Part shown: positions 38,523 through 46,158 of the stretch, piece by piece
How the letters are laid out: each line of letters opens with the position of its first letter
Position numbering within the stretch: position 1 is the first letter of the stretch
Assembly: GCA_958295985.1 (NCBI GenBank)
Contig: OY282432.1
Location: 3,928,517-3,992,516 of the forward strand
Source of the DNA: an uncultured Candidatus Binatia bacterium
GTDB lineage: Bacteria > Desulfobacterota > Binatia > UBA9968 > JAJDTQ01
Reading direction: 5' to 3'
DNA length: 64,000 nt
Notes under the pieces: generated by a model
Database searches by the model: none
What the model was told of the DNA's origin: nothing
Seen by the model: the letters and a program-made list of their open reading frames with translations, nothing else
Translations under genes and position numbers: made by a program

Positions 38523-38696
38523 GATCCGTTTACCTCCTCAACCAGGGACCCATCCGTCCGAACGCAAACGGGCCGAGGACTCCAGTTCACCCGAGATCCT
38601 CAGCCCGTTCGCTGTTGACGGCCGCTCCTTCCGGAATCGGCCCGCATCGAGAGTGTCGCTGGCGCGAGCCCAGGGACGCTCCTTCCGCACGAAACC

Positions 38697-39098
38697 CTAT
38701 TTCTTCATCGGCTTGGGAATCATCAGCTTCGACGAGGCCAGCATGTTCCCGTCCGCGTCCACCAGCTCGACCATGTGTTCGCCGGGCTTCAGGAGCCGCT
38801 TGATGGTCCGGCCTCGAATTCCCCATGTCGAGGACACCATGCCCTTGTCGTCCGCCTTCTCGATGGCAGGCTTCGCCAGGAAGCTCACGTCCGACAGGAC
38901 GCCGCCCATCGTGGTGCGGAGACCCACTTCTTGGCCGGCCTTCAGGCCCGACGCGGAGATCTTGACCTGCAGTCGGCCCTTCTTCACGTCGCCCACGTCC
39001 AGCATGAGCTTCGCGCCTCCCGCCATCGCGATGGACGACAACAGGAACAATGCTCCCAGGGCTGCTGCCATACCGACAAGCCTTTTCTTTGCAACCAT
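38697..39098 (-). CDS. Small secreted protein of unknown function inside the TTT operon
   Basis: ORF 133 aa with signal peptide MVAKKRLVGMAAALGALFLLSSIAMAGG. The mature ~105 aa look beta-rich and Lys/Gly-rich. I recognise no family. Confidence 0.5.
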   Translation of the reverse strand: MVAKKRLVGMAAALGALFLLSSIAMAGGAKLMLDVGDVKKGRLQVKISASGLKAGQEVGLRTTMGGVLSDVSFLAKPAIEKADDKGMVSSTWGIRGRTIKRLLKPGEHMVELVDADGNMLASSKLMIPKPMKK

Positions 39099-39206
39099 AT
39101 GTTACCTCCCTTTGGTTATTTGTTCCGCTGATCCAGACGGCTCCTTTTATACGTAAGCCTCGCGGCAAATGTCAAGGGCCTTCTCGATCCAAATTCCGGT
39201 CCGCCG

Positions 39207-39743
39207 TCAGATGGGGACCAGACCCGACAAGTACCTCTCCACCAGCCCCAGAATGAACTCCTGAGGCGCGTTAATCAACCCCGGCGGCCACGGGATGTGC
39301 AGCACCATCTCGAAGACGCCGATCATGAATACCAGCATGACCAGCATGTAGATCACGGCAACCTTCCACGACTCGCCCGCCTGAATGGACAGGAAGAGCA
39401 ACAGGAAGATCGGCACGCTCAGGATGAACCCGATGATCCAGATGGACAGGTAGAGGCCGAAGATCCATCCGAAGATGTTGGCCGCGCGCTTGATTACCAC
39501 GGCCGCGGGAACGCTGCGGTCCACCGGCAGGTCCATCATGCCGGCCACGTCCTCGTCACTGCCCTTGCCGCGGAACAGGTCCAGGCCCAGTTGCAGGAAG
39601 CACAGCAGCATGGTGGGAATGCCGATGGTCCACGGGAACAGCCGCGCCTGGTATTGCCACTGCTTCGCGGTAACCACCAGGCCTACCATCAGCAGCAGGA
39701 CGACGACGGTGAACAACGCCGCGGGGTTGATCCTAAGCTTCAT
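39207..39743 (-). CDS. tctB: Tripartite tricarboxylate transporter small membrane subunit TctB-like
   Basis: ORF 39207..39779. The Met at 39743 gives MKLRINPAALFTVVVLLLMVGLVV.... There are four hydrophobic segments. It overlaps the tctA end by 11 nt. Confidence 0.7.
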   Translation of the reverse strand: MKLRINPAALFTVVVLLLMVGLVVTAKQWQYQARLFPWTIGIPTMLLCFLQLGLDLFRGKGSDEDVAGMMDLPVDRSVPAAVVIKRAANIFGWIFGLYLSIWIIGFILSVPIFLLLFLSIQAGESWKVAVIYMLVMLVFMIGVFEMVLHIPWPPGLINAPQEFILGLVERYLSGLVPI

Positions 39744-41265
39744 CGGCTCCCCCGCCTTGTTCGCGCCCGACCTGCGCATCGCGCATCTGTTGCAACTCCT
39801 GCTGTTTGCGCGCGTTGCGGATGCCGTAGTAGAGGCTGACGGCGATGAGCACCATCACGATCATCACGATGGGACGCGTCATCCACCCGGCGCCGTAACG
39901 GCTGATGGAGATGAACAGGTAGTTCTCGATGATGCCGCTCAGCACCAGTCCCAGGATCAGCGGCGGCCGCGGCCAACTGAACCGCTTCATGAACCAGCCC
40001 AGCAGCGAGAAGAACAGCAGCGACCACAGGTCCCCGTAGTGCCGGGTGGCCTGAAACGATGCCAGGAACACGATGACCACCACCAGCGGCGTCAGCAGGT
40101 TGATCCGCACCATGGCGATCTTGGCCAGGGTGTTGGTCAGCAGCATGCACATGATGGTGCCGAAGATGTTGGCGATGGCCAGGCTCCAGATCATCGTGTA
40201 GGTGACCGCCAGGTCCTTGGTGAGCATGGCCGAGCCCGGTGTCAGCCCCTGGATGGTCATGGCCCCCAGCAGCAAGGCCATGGAGGCGCTGCCCGGCACG
40301 CCGAAGGCGATGGTGGGGATCAGCGCCCCGCCCTCCTTGGCGTTGTTGGCCGCCTCCGGCGCCAGCACACCGCGCACGTCGCCGGTCCCGAAGGTCTCGT
40401 TGGCGCCCTTCTCGGTCTGTATGGCGTGACCGTAGGCGAACCAGTCCACCACCGACGCGCCGAGCCCGGGGATGGCGCCGACGAAGACGCCGACCACGCC
40501 GCAGCGCAGCACCAGTAACCAGTTGCGGAAGGTATCCCGGATCCCCGTCATGACCCCCTTCAGCCGCTCCTTGGGCACGTCCGCGATGCGCGTCCCCCGG
40601 ATGGTCAGGTCGACGATCTCGGGGATGGCGAAGACGCCCAGCGCCACCGGGACCAGCGGCACGCCGTCCCAGAGGTAGAGTTGTCCGAACACCCAGCGGA
40701 GCACACCCGTCTGGGGGTCCATGCCCACCATGCCCACGCACAGTCCGATGGCCCCCGCGATGAGCCCTTTCACCGGCGCGTTGCCGCTCAGGACGGCGAC
40801 CATGGAGATGCCCAGCAGACCCAGCATGAAGAACTCGGGAGAGCCGAACGCGAGCACGATGGGACGGAGCACGGGGATCGAAAGCGCCAGCACCAGCGAC
40901 CCGAACACGCCGCCCAGGAGCGATGCCATGTAGGCGCCGCCGAAGGCTCGACCGGCCTCGCCTTTCTTGGCCATGGGGTGGCCGTCGAGAATGGTGGCCT
41001 GGGACGCCGAGGTGCCGGGGACGCCGAAGAGAACCGAGGGAATGGTGTCGGAGGTGCTCGTCACCGAGATCAGGCCGATCATGATGGCGAACGCCTCGAA
41101 GGAGTCCATGTCGAAGGTGAAGGGCAGGAGGATGGCAAGGCCGACGAGACCTCCAAGGCCGGGTATCGCACCCAACGCCAGGCCCATGAGCACGCCGATG
41201 AACAGATACCCCAGCCGGGTCGGAACCAGGAGGTTCTCAAATGCCACGGTGGCGGCTTCCAGCAT
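39733..41265 (-). CDS. tctA: Tripartite tricarboxylate transporter large permease TctA
   Basis: ORF 510 aa reading MLEAATVAFENLLVPTRLGYLFIGVLMGLALGAIPGLGG..., a typical TctA N-terminus with multiple TM segments. Confidence 0.9.
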   Translation of the reverse strand: MLEAATVAFENLLVPTRLGYLFIGVLMGLALGAIPGLGGLVGLAILLPFTFDMDSFEAFAIMIGLISVTSTSDTIPSVLFGVPGTSASQATILDGHPMAKKGEAGRAFGGAYMASLLGGVFGSLVLALSIPVLRPIVLAFGSPEFFMLGLLGISMVAVLSGNAPVKGLIAGAIGLCVGMVGMDPQTGVLRWVFGQLYLWDGVPLVPVALGVFAIPEIVDLTIRGTRIADVPKERLKGVMTGIRDTFRNWLLVLRCGVVGVFVGAIPGLGASVVDWFAYGHAIQTEKGANETFGTGDVRGVLAPEAANNAKEGGALIPTIAFGVPGSASMALLLGAMTIQGLTPGSAMLTKDLAVTYTMIWSLAIANIFGTIMCMLLTNTLAKIAMVRINLLTPLVVVIVFLASFQATRHYGDLWSLLFFSLLGWFMKRFSWPRPPLILGLVLSGIIENYLFISISRYGAGWMTRPIVMIVMVLIAVSLYYGIRNARKQQELQQMRDAQVGREQGGGADEA

Positions 41266-41300
41266 ACGGACTCCCTTCTGCCTAGGTAAAATCGACGTGG

Positions 41301-41329
41301 GATATATCGAGGTCCGGACAGGCTGTCAA
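41301..41329 (-). promoter_or_regulatory. Sigma70-like promoter for the tctA operon: TTGACA-N17-TATATC
   Basis: The minus strand reads cggTTGACAgcctgtccggacctcgaTATATCccacg. The -35 (41329..41324) overlaps the TGA stop of the Hsp70-like gene. The -10 lies at 41306..41301, ~35 nt upstream of the tctA ATG (41265). Confidence 0.4.
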
Positions 41330-43101
41330 CCGTCGCCGCAAGCCGGATCATTCGAAGCCCGCCCACACACGGCACATGGCTCATAGTAGAGCCTTTCGTG
41401 TACCTGCCTCTCGGGCGGCCGCCGCCGTGAATCAAAGTAGCCCGGGTCGTACTGATGGAGAAACTCGCCCGGCACAAGCGATAGATCTTCCCGGTCAGAT
41501 ACATTAGCTCGCACACGGATCGTAGCTAATGGTGACGTGGCTGACTCCGGCTCCTTCAGGCCAGGTGTATCATCGCCATCATCGCGAACAGATCCGACAG
41601 GCTCGCTGTCGGGCGGGAACTTGAGCCCAAATTCAAGGTCGTGAACTTCGCAACAGTCCTCGTCCTTCCGGTTTAGTGAACGTGCGTGGGCTTTTAGAAT
41701 GAGGTCCTCGTTGATCTGAATATCGAGTTCCAGTCGTTCGTCGAACGCATGCGCCTTCGAATCGACTTTGACCGTGACGTTCTCCAAGTGAACTCTGGGC
41801 TCACTGCGCAACACCATTGGTCCCGGACGCGTCGGAGCGCAAAGCTGGAATTTGGCCATCCCGTCGCGTGGATCGGTGCAGTAGAGATGCAGTGTCTGAG
41901 TCTGCTCCTTTCCCTGCTTGGGCATTGGGGTTCCGGCCTTGACAACCTGCAGATATGAATTGCGCGCCAGCTCCAATTCGATACTCTTCGCCAACTGGAG
42001 ACCTACCTCGTCCGCCGCGATCCAAGCCGCTCCACCTGCAATCAAAGTCGTCGTGCTGTCAGGGATCTCGACTCGCTCGGGGCCAAACAATTCGTGGAGC
42101 CGACGTTCAACGGCAGGCATATTGGACATACCTCCCGTCGCCACGCAAAGCACGATCTGCTCCGGCGAGTAAGCAGCATCATCCAGGATGCGCCGGATTC
42201 GCTCAAAACCTTTTTTGAGTAACGGATCAACAATATCTTCAAGCTCACGCTGACTCAACGAACAGTCGAATCCCTCGTCTTCTACGCCCTTGAAGAAGCT
42301 ATCAACGTATATCCTCACGTCGGAACGGCCAGACAAATCGATTTTGGCCCGTTCGCAACGGTCCATCAGGCGCGACATGGCGCCCGGATATTTATCCACA
42401 ATGTCACCAAGAGATCGCTCCTGCCCGATCCGTTGCAAGAGACGATTCATAATAGTTTCATCGAAGACATCGCCGCCGACTTCATCAGTGCCATCGTTCT
42501 TGAGCTGAACTACCATGTCACCCATGACGCGGCAAAGTGTCAAGTCCAATGTACCACCACCCCAGTCGGCTACCAGGATGACCTTCCCATCGTAACGGCG
42601 TCTCATCTTCGGGAATCCCCGTACTCGAAACAAACCATAGAGCGCCGCCAGGGGCTCATGGACGAACTGCACGATACCTAGTCCAGCAAGATTGAACGCT
42701 TCCCGAAGCGCCTGCCGCTGAACGCCTCCCATACCTACCGGGATTGTAACCACCGCCCGGGAGATTTCTCCAATATCACGGCTGCTATCCTGTGCCTGTT
42801 GATAAACGTGTCGGACAACGTCGGCGACCATGTCCATCGGGCGCTTTTCTATCCCCTCGACGAACACGCTGTCCCGACCCAGGTACATCTTCGGCGACCG
42901 GACGATGTTTCCTTGAATGCCTAACCCGGCTTGCGCGAGACGTTCCTTTGCCTCCCGCCCGCAAATCGTCTGCGCACCCTCATAGCAAACCACCGATGGA
43001 ATGGGCAGATTCCGGTCATCAAGGAAGTTTATCGGCCGGTTTCCGCGAACAATGGAGATAAGGCTGTTTGTTGTCCCAAAATCGAATCCGAGCACGTTCA
43101 T
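41326..43101 (-). CDS. Orphan Hsp70-family ATPase with a non-canonical C-terminus (protein C of the candidate system)
   Basis: ORF 591 aa. NBD motifs: GFDFGTTNS (phosphate-1), NIVRSPKMYLGR, HEPLAALYG, DWGGGTLDLT (phosphate-2) and ATGGMSNMPAV (adenosine). A beta-sandwich-like segment follows. There is no helical lid or EEVD; instead there is an acidic linker and a terminal CAVCGRASNDPAC. G+C is lower than in the flanking genes. Confidence 0.85.
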   Translation of the reverse strand: MNVLGFDFGTTNSLISIVRGNRPINFLDDRNLPIPSVVCYEGAQTICGREAKERLAQAGLGIQGNIVRSPKMYLGRDSVFVEGIEKRPMDMVADVVRHVYQQAQDSSRDIGEISRAVVTIPVGMGGVQRQALREAFNLAGLGIVQFVHEPLAALYGLFRVRGFPKMRRRYDGKVILVADWGGGTLDLTLCRVMGDMVVQLKNDGTDEVGGDVFDETIMNRLLQRIGQERSLGDIVDKYPGAMSRLMDRCERAKIDLSGRSDVRIYVDSFFKGVEDEGFDCSLSQRELEDIVDPLLKKGFERIRRILDDAAYSPEQIVLCVATGGMSNMPAVERRLHELFGPERVEIPDSTTTLIAGGAAWIAADEVGLQLAKSIELELARNSYLQVVKAGTPMPKQGKEQTQTLHLYCTDPRDGMAKFQLCAPTRPGPMVLRSEPRVHLENVTVKVDSKAHAFDERLELDIQINEDLILKAHARSLNRKDEDCCEVHDLEFGLKFPPDSEPVGSVRDDGDDTPGLKEPESATSPLATIRVRANVSDREDLSLVPGEFLHQYDPGYFDSRRRPPERQVHERLYYEPCAVCGRASNDPACGDG

Positions 43102-43102
43102 T

Positions 43103-44203
43103 TCAACTATGACCTCTATCTCCTCGTAGCCGCTCTCTCTCGGATTTCAGGCCGTCAATAACACGCTCCGCGTGGTCGACCATGACATGGACCTTGGGAG
43201 GCTCCCGTAGCAGTGCACGAAGCCCTTCGTCGAGCAACGACAATTCCGTCGTCAATCGACCTATGACCCCACCCCGCAGGTTTTCATAGTCATCTTGGAA
43301 ATGGGCTCTGTTGTCGGCATGCTCTTTTCGTTCCCGTTCAAGTTCCTTCCGGAACGTGTCGACTTCAGCTTGTGAGGTCGCCAGCTTGGCCTGAATTTTG
43401 GCTAACGCTTCTTCCAACTCCTCCACTCGCTTCGTAGCGCGTGATTCCCGTATTTGAGCAGCGTCGGCGCGCTCGCTCTGCTCAAGAGCCTGTCTTCGCA
43501 GTATCCCAGCCGCAATCTGTGCAGCCGCAGGGTCCCGTGTGCTCATCAGCACACGAAGCCTGCCCGCATCAGTGTTTACCCGTCCTACCGCGGGCTCCCA
43601 CAGGCTCTCCGCTAGGTAGTGATGGACGCGCTCGACATGTACCTCACGCATCATCCTAAACCAGAGCAACAGGCATTTCACCGCATTCTCCCTGCATTGC
43701 CCCCTTTCCTTGGCAATCAGCTTGCCACTATCCGGCCAAGACAATTCCCCGTAGTCCCGAGAAGCCAGCGCCTCGATCGCCGGACCTTCCACCTCGGCTA
43801 GCGATTCCTCTGTGAACGCGGGGTGCCTCCGGAGCACCTCGTGGACGAATTTGCCTATTTGGTCAGTAACAGGCGATGGATCGATCCCAATGCCAAGCAG
43901 CGTCAGTTGAAGTGTCCGTTTAAGCGTTCGATCTGCTACTGTCTGGTTAAGGATATCATCGCTCTCCTGCAAGCCTAACGCCCGGGCGCCGCACATTGCT
44001 GAAAGTTCCTTCTTCGTCAGTGCCTTGCGTTTGAATGTACCGGCGTAAACGGCACGGAGCAATTGTTCTACGCTCTCGATAGGCGGAATCTTTATGTGCG
44101 CCTTACGTTGGACGGCATCGATGGCCGCCGTAACCCCCCGAGCAGAAGAGTCTGCCTCCAACGGGTCACGGTTCTTGGCAGGCATTGGGTTGGTGTCGTT
44201 CAT
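43103..44203 (-). CDS. Helical/coiled-coil protein of unknown function (protein B of the candidate system)
   Basis: ORF 43103..44245. ATG at 44203 lies 8 nt after the upstream TAG. The stop junction is TGAaATG with the Hsp70-like start. The C-terminal third is heptad-like and charged (...RVEELEEALAKIQAKLATSQAEVDTFRKELERERKEHADNRAH...). I recognise no family. Confidence 0.6.
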   Translation of the reverse strand: MNDTNPMPAKNRDPLEADSSARGVTAAIDAVQRKAHIKIPPIESVEQLLRAVYAGTFKRKALTKKELSAMCGARALGLQESDDILNQTVADRTLKRTLQLTLLGIGIDPSPVTDQIGKFVHEVLRRHPAFTEESLAEVEGPAIEALASRDYGELSWPDSGKLIAKERGQCRENAVKCLLLWFRMMREVHVERVHHYLAESLWEPAVGRVNTDAGRLRVLMSTRDPAAAQIAAGILRRQALEQSERADAAQIRESRATKRVEELEEALAKIQAKLATSQAEVDTFRKELERERKEHADNRAHFQDDYENLRGGVIGRLTTELSLLDEGLRALLREPPKVHVMVDHAERVIDGLKSERERLRGDRGHS

Positions 44204-44211
44204 CGTGGTCC

Positions 44212-45309
44212 CTAGGAATGCTTCCGAATCATGGACTCCGCCCATGTCTCCAGTCCGGGCGAGTTATGAAGTTCCTTAGCATGTTGAAGTGCTCTCTCGC
44301 CATTGCCGGAAGCGGTGTATATTTCGGCCAGAAGAATGTGTAACTTGACGCGATCATAACTCGCGATAACTCGACGCAGAAAAGTCTCCATATCCGCCAC
44401 CTTCTGAGATAGATCATCAATCTGCAGAACTGCCCAACCGACAATCTTTTCAGTTTCCCAGTCCGTTACCGAGGCATCCAGGTTACCGGGCACAGCAATG
44501 CCATCGGTCCCTACGTCAGTACCACTCGTTGAACTTTCCATCCAAGCCGCATATCTTGCGGCCGCACGGCCAACGCGCACACCGTCCGCCAGACGCGCCG
44601 CATCCTTGAAGTGATTGAAATGAAACTCGATCAGGCCGCCAATCATCCTTGCCAATGGCCGCTCGTAACCGGCCAGATCCTCAGCGGCCTTGTTGAACTT
44701 GTGAACATATTCATCATACGAAAGCAAAGAATCGGGAGCCTTTTCCTTCGCACGCACGCCGTACAGGTAGGCGCAAATACCATCGCAATAGCCGATAGCG
44801 GAACGGCATCCCGACGTGCCAGAGATGAATTCTTCGACGGCACGAATGTCGAGACGTCCCTTGGAAGCTGTGCTCTTGAACTGATCCTCAATGGCTATGA
44901 GATCTTCTTCTGAAGCAATTCGAAAATCCAACGTAAACTCTTTCCGGCCGCCAGCATTGATCAGCACTAAACGACATACATCGGATTTCACTTGAGCAAG
45001 GCGGACAGGAACTGCGCAGACATTCATCTTTTCGCCGTTGAGAACGGCTTGGTGGCAATTCTCCACGCACACATCTTCGGCGGTGATTGGCCGTGTGACT
45101 CGACGCGGGGCCGCGCCCAACTCCTGGCCCTGGAGAAACAGAGTGGGGTAAGTCAGTGGGTGCCTTGCAAATCGATGCGTGTGTAGCTCATCGCTAGACG
45201 GAAAGACTTCGGTGCACTGTACGCATGGGAACTCTGGATGCGTCGGCTGGTAGTCTTCCAGACCGATATCCATATGCTGATCCATGTACCCGGTGTGCCA
45301 GAATCCCAT
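44212..45309 (-). CDS. Protein with an N-terminal classical C2H2 zinc finger and a helical C-terminal region (protein A of the candidate system)
   Basis: ORF 365 aa. Residues 29-50 read CVQCTEVFPSSDELHTHRFARH, i.e. C-x2-C-x3-F-x5-L-x2-H-x4-H. The C-terminus is TPR-like (...LLAEIYTASGNGERALQHAKELH...). The start is uncertain because the SD before ATG 45309 is weak. Confidence 0.6.
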   Translation of the reverse strand: MGFWHTGYMDQHMDIGLEDYQPTHPEFPCVQCTEVFPSSDELHTHRFARHPLTYPTLFLQGQELGAAPRRVTRPITAEDVCVENCHQAVLNGEKMNVCAVPVRLAQVKSDVCRLVLINAGGRKEFTLDFRIASEEDLIAIEDQFKSTASKGRLDIRAVEEFISGTSGCRSAIGYCDGICAYLYGVRAKEKAPDSLLSYDEYVHKFNKAAEDLAGYERPLARMIGGLIEFHFNHFKDAARLADGVRVGRAAARYAAWMESSTSGTDVGTDGIAVPGNLDASVTDWETEKIVGWAVLQIDDLSQKVADMETFLRRVIASYDRVKLHILLAEIYTASGNGERALQHAKELHNSPGLETWAESMIRKHS

Positions 45310-45384
45310 TCCTACGTCACCGATTCCACGGCCCGGGAAGATCTACGTACAGTGACCACGTGTGCTTCTCAAGGCCGAAATGAC

Positions 45385-45654
45385 TTACGCTATCCGTCTC
45401 GCCGCGACAGCCTTGGCCAGATCATGGGTCGCCTGCAAGTTCATCCAGAGCTTCGGCGACGTGCCCAGGGTCGCGGCAAGGTCGAGCGCCGCCTCCACCG
45501 TAATGCCTCGCTTTCCTCGTATCAGCTCATTCAGGCGCGCCCGGCTCCAGCCGATCTTCTGTGCGAAAGCTGCCTGGCTCATTCCCATGGGCTCAAGAAA
45601 CTCCTCGAGCAGCATTTCGCCCGGATGGAAGGGATTCTTCGGTTGTTTATCCAA
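45385..45654 (-). CDS. higA: HigA-type antitoxin / XRE-family HTH protein
   Basis: ORF 89 aa reading ...HPGEMLLEEFLEPMGMSQAAFAQKIGWSRARLNELIRGKRGITVEAALDLAATLGTSPKLWMNLQ, the canonical HigA/VapI HTH. Confidence 0.8.
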   Translation of the reverse strand: MDKQPKNPFHPGEMLLEEFLEPMGMSQAAFAQKIGWSRARLNELIRGKRGITVEAALDLAATLGTSPKLWMNLQATHDLAKAVAARRIA

Positions 45655-45666
45655 CGCCCTGCCTCC

Positions 45667-45957
45667 TTAGCGATAGTCGATGATCCGCACGCCACGGGCG
45701 TGGCCCCCACTCCATTGAAACACCAACCGCCACCGGTCATCGATCCTGATGGAACGGAACCCTTTCCAGGTTCCCTTGAGACTCTCCAGCCGGTTACCGG
45801 AGGGCATTCTCAGATCTTTCAGGTCTGCTGCATCGTGGAGATACAATAGCTTGCGTCTGGCCGTCCGGCGTAGCTCTGGAGGAAAGAACCGTGTTGCCTT
45901 GCTTCGCTTGTCGTTGAACAGATCCTCCGCGAGAGCATTGCCAAACTCCAGGATCTT
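45667..45957 (-). pseudogene. higB: HigB-family (RelE/ParE superfamily) toxin homologue lacking a canonical in-frame start codon
   Basis: Not in the ORF track. Hand translation of the open frame 45966..45670 gives CAN-KILEFGNALAEDLFNDKRSKATRFFPPELRRTARRKLLYLHDAADLKDLRMPSGNRLESLKGTWKGFRSIRIDDRWRLVFQWSGGHARGVRIIDYR*. An in-frame TAA lies at 45969..45967. The codon where HigB proteins have Met (M-I-x-x-F) is AAG. The first ATG/GTG/TTG in frame would give only 58 aa. Confidence 0.55.
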
Positions 45958-46158
45958 GTTAGCACATTATCGGAATACCGAAACAAGGCCAAGCGAAGCC
46001 GCCGCCGGGCAACCGCGGGACCATTCCGCTATGGACCGGGCGCCCCCGGCGTCCCCGTTGCGGGATTTCAGCAAAAATACTATACCCGGCCTACTATCCG
46101 AACAAGGGCGCCCTCCGAGCCGGGGATGCCCCGTAGCCTCCCGGAAAGGACCGTCACC

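Noticed and set aside
43103-44245. HEPN-like R-x4-6-H motif (RMMREVH) in protein B
   Set aside because: A single short pattern in a helical protein is expected by chance, and there is no supporting context. I do not use it as evidence for a nuclease.
41266-46125. Direct repeats, att sites or an integrase/transposase flanking the low-G+C cluster
   Set aside because: I compared 41266-41330 with 45958-46125 by eye and found no shared repeat of 10 nt or more, and no recombinase gene. The cluster is therefore not called a mobile element.
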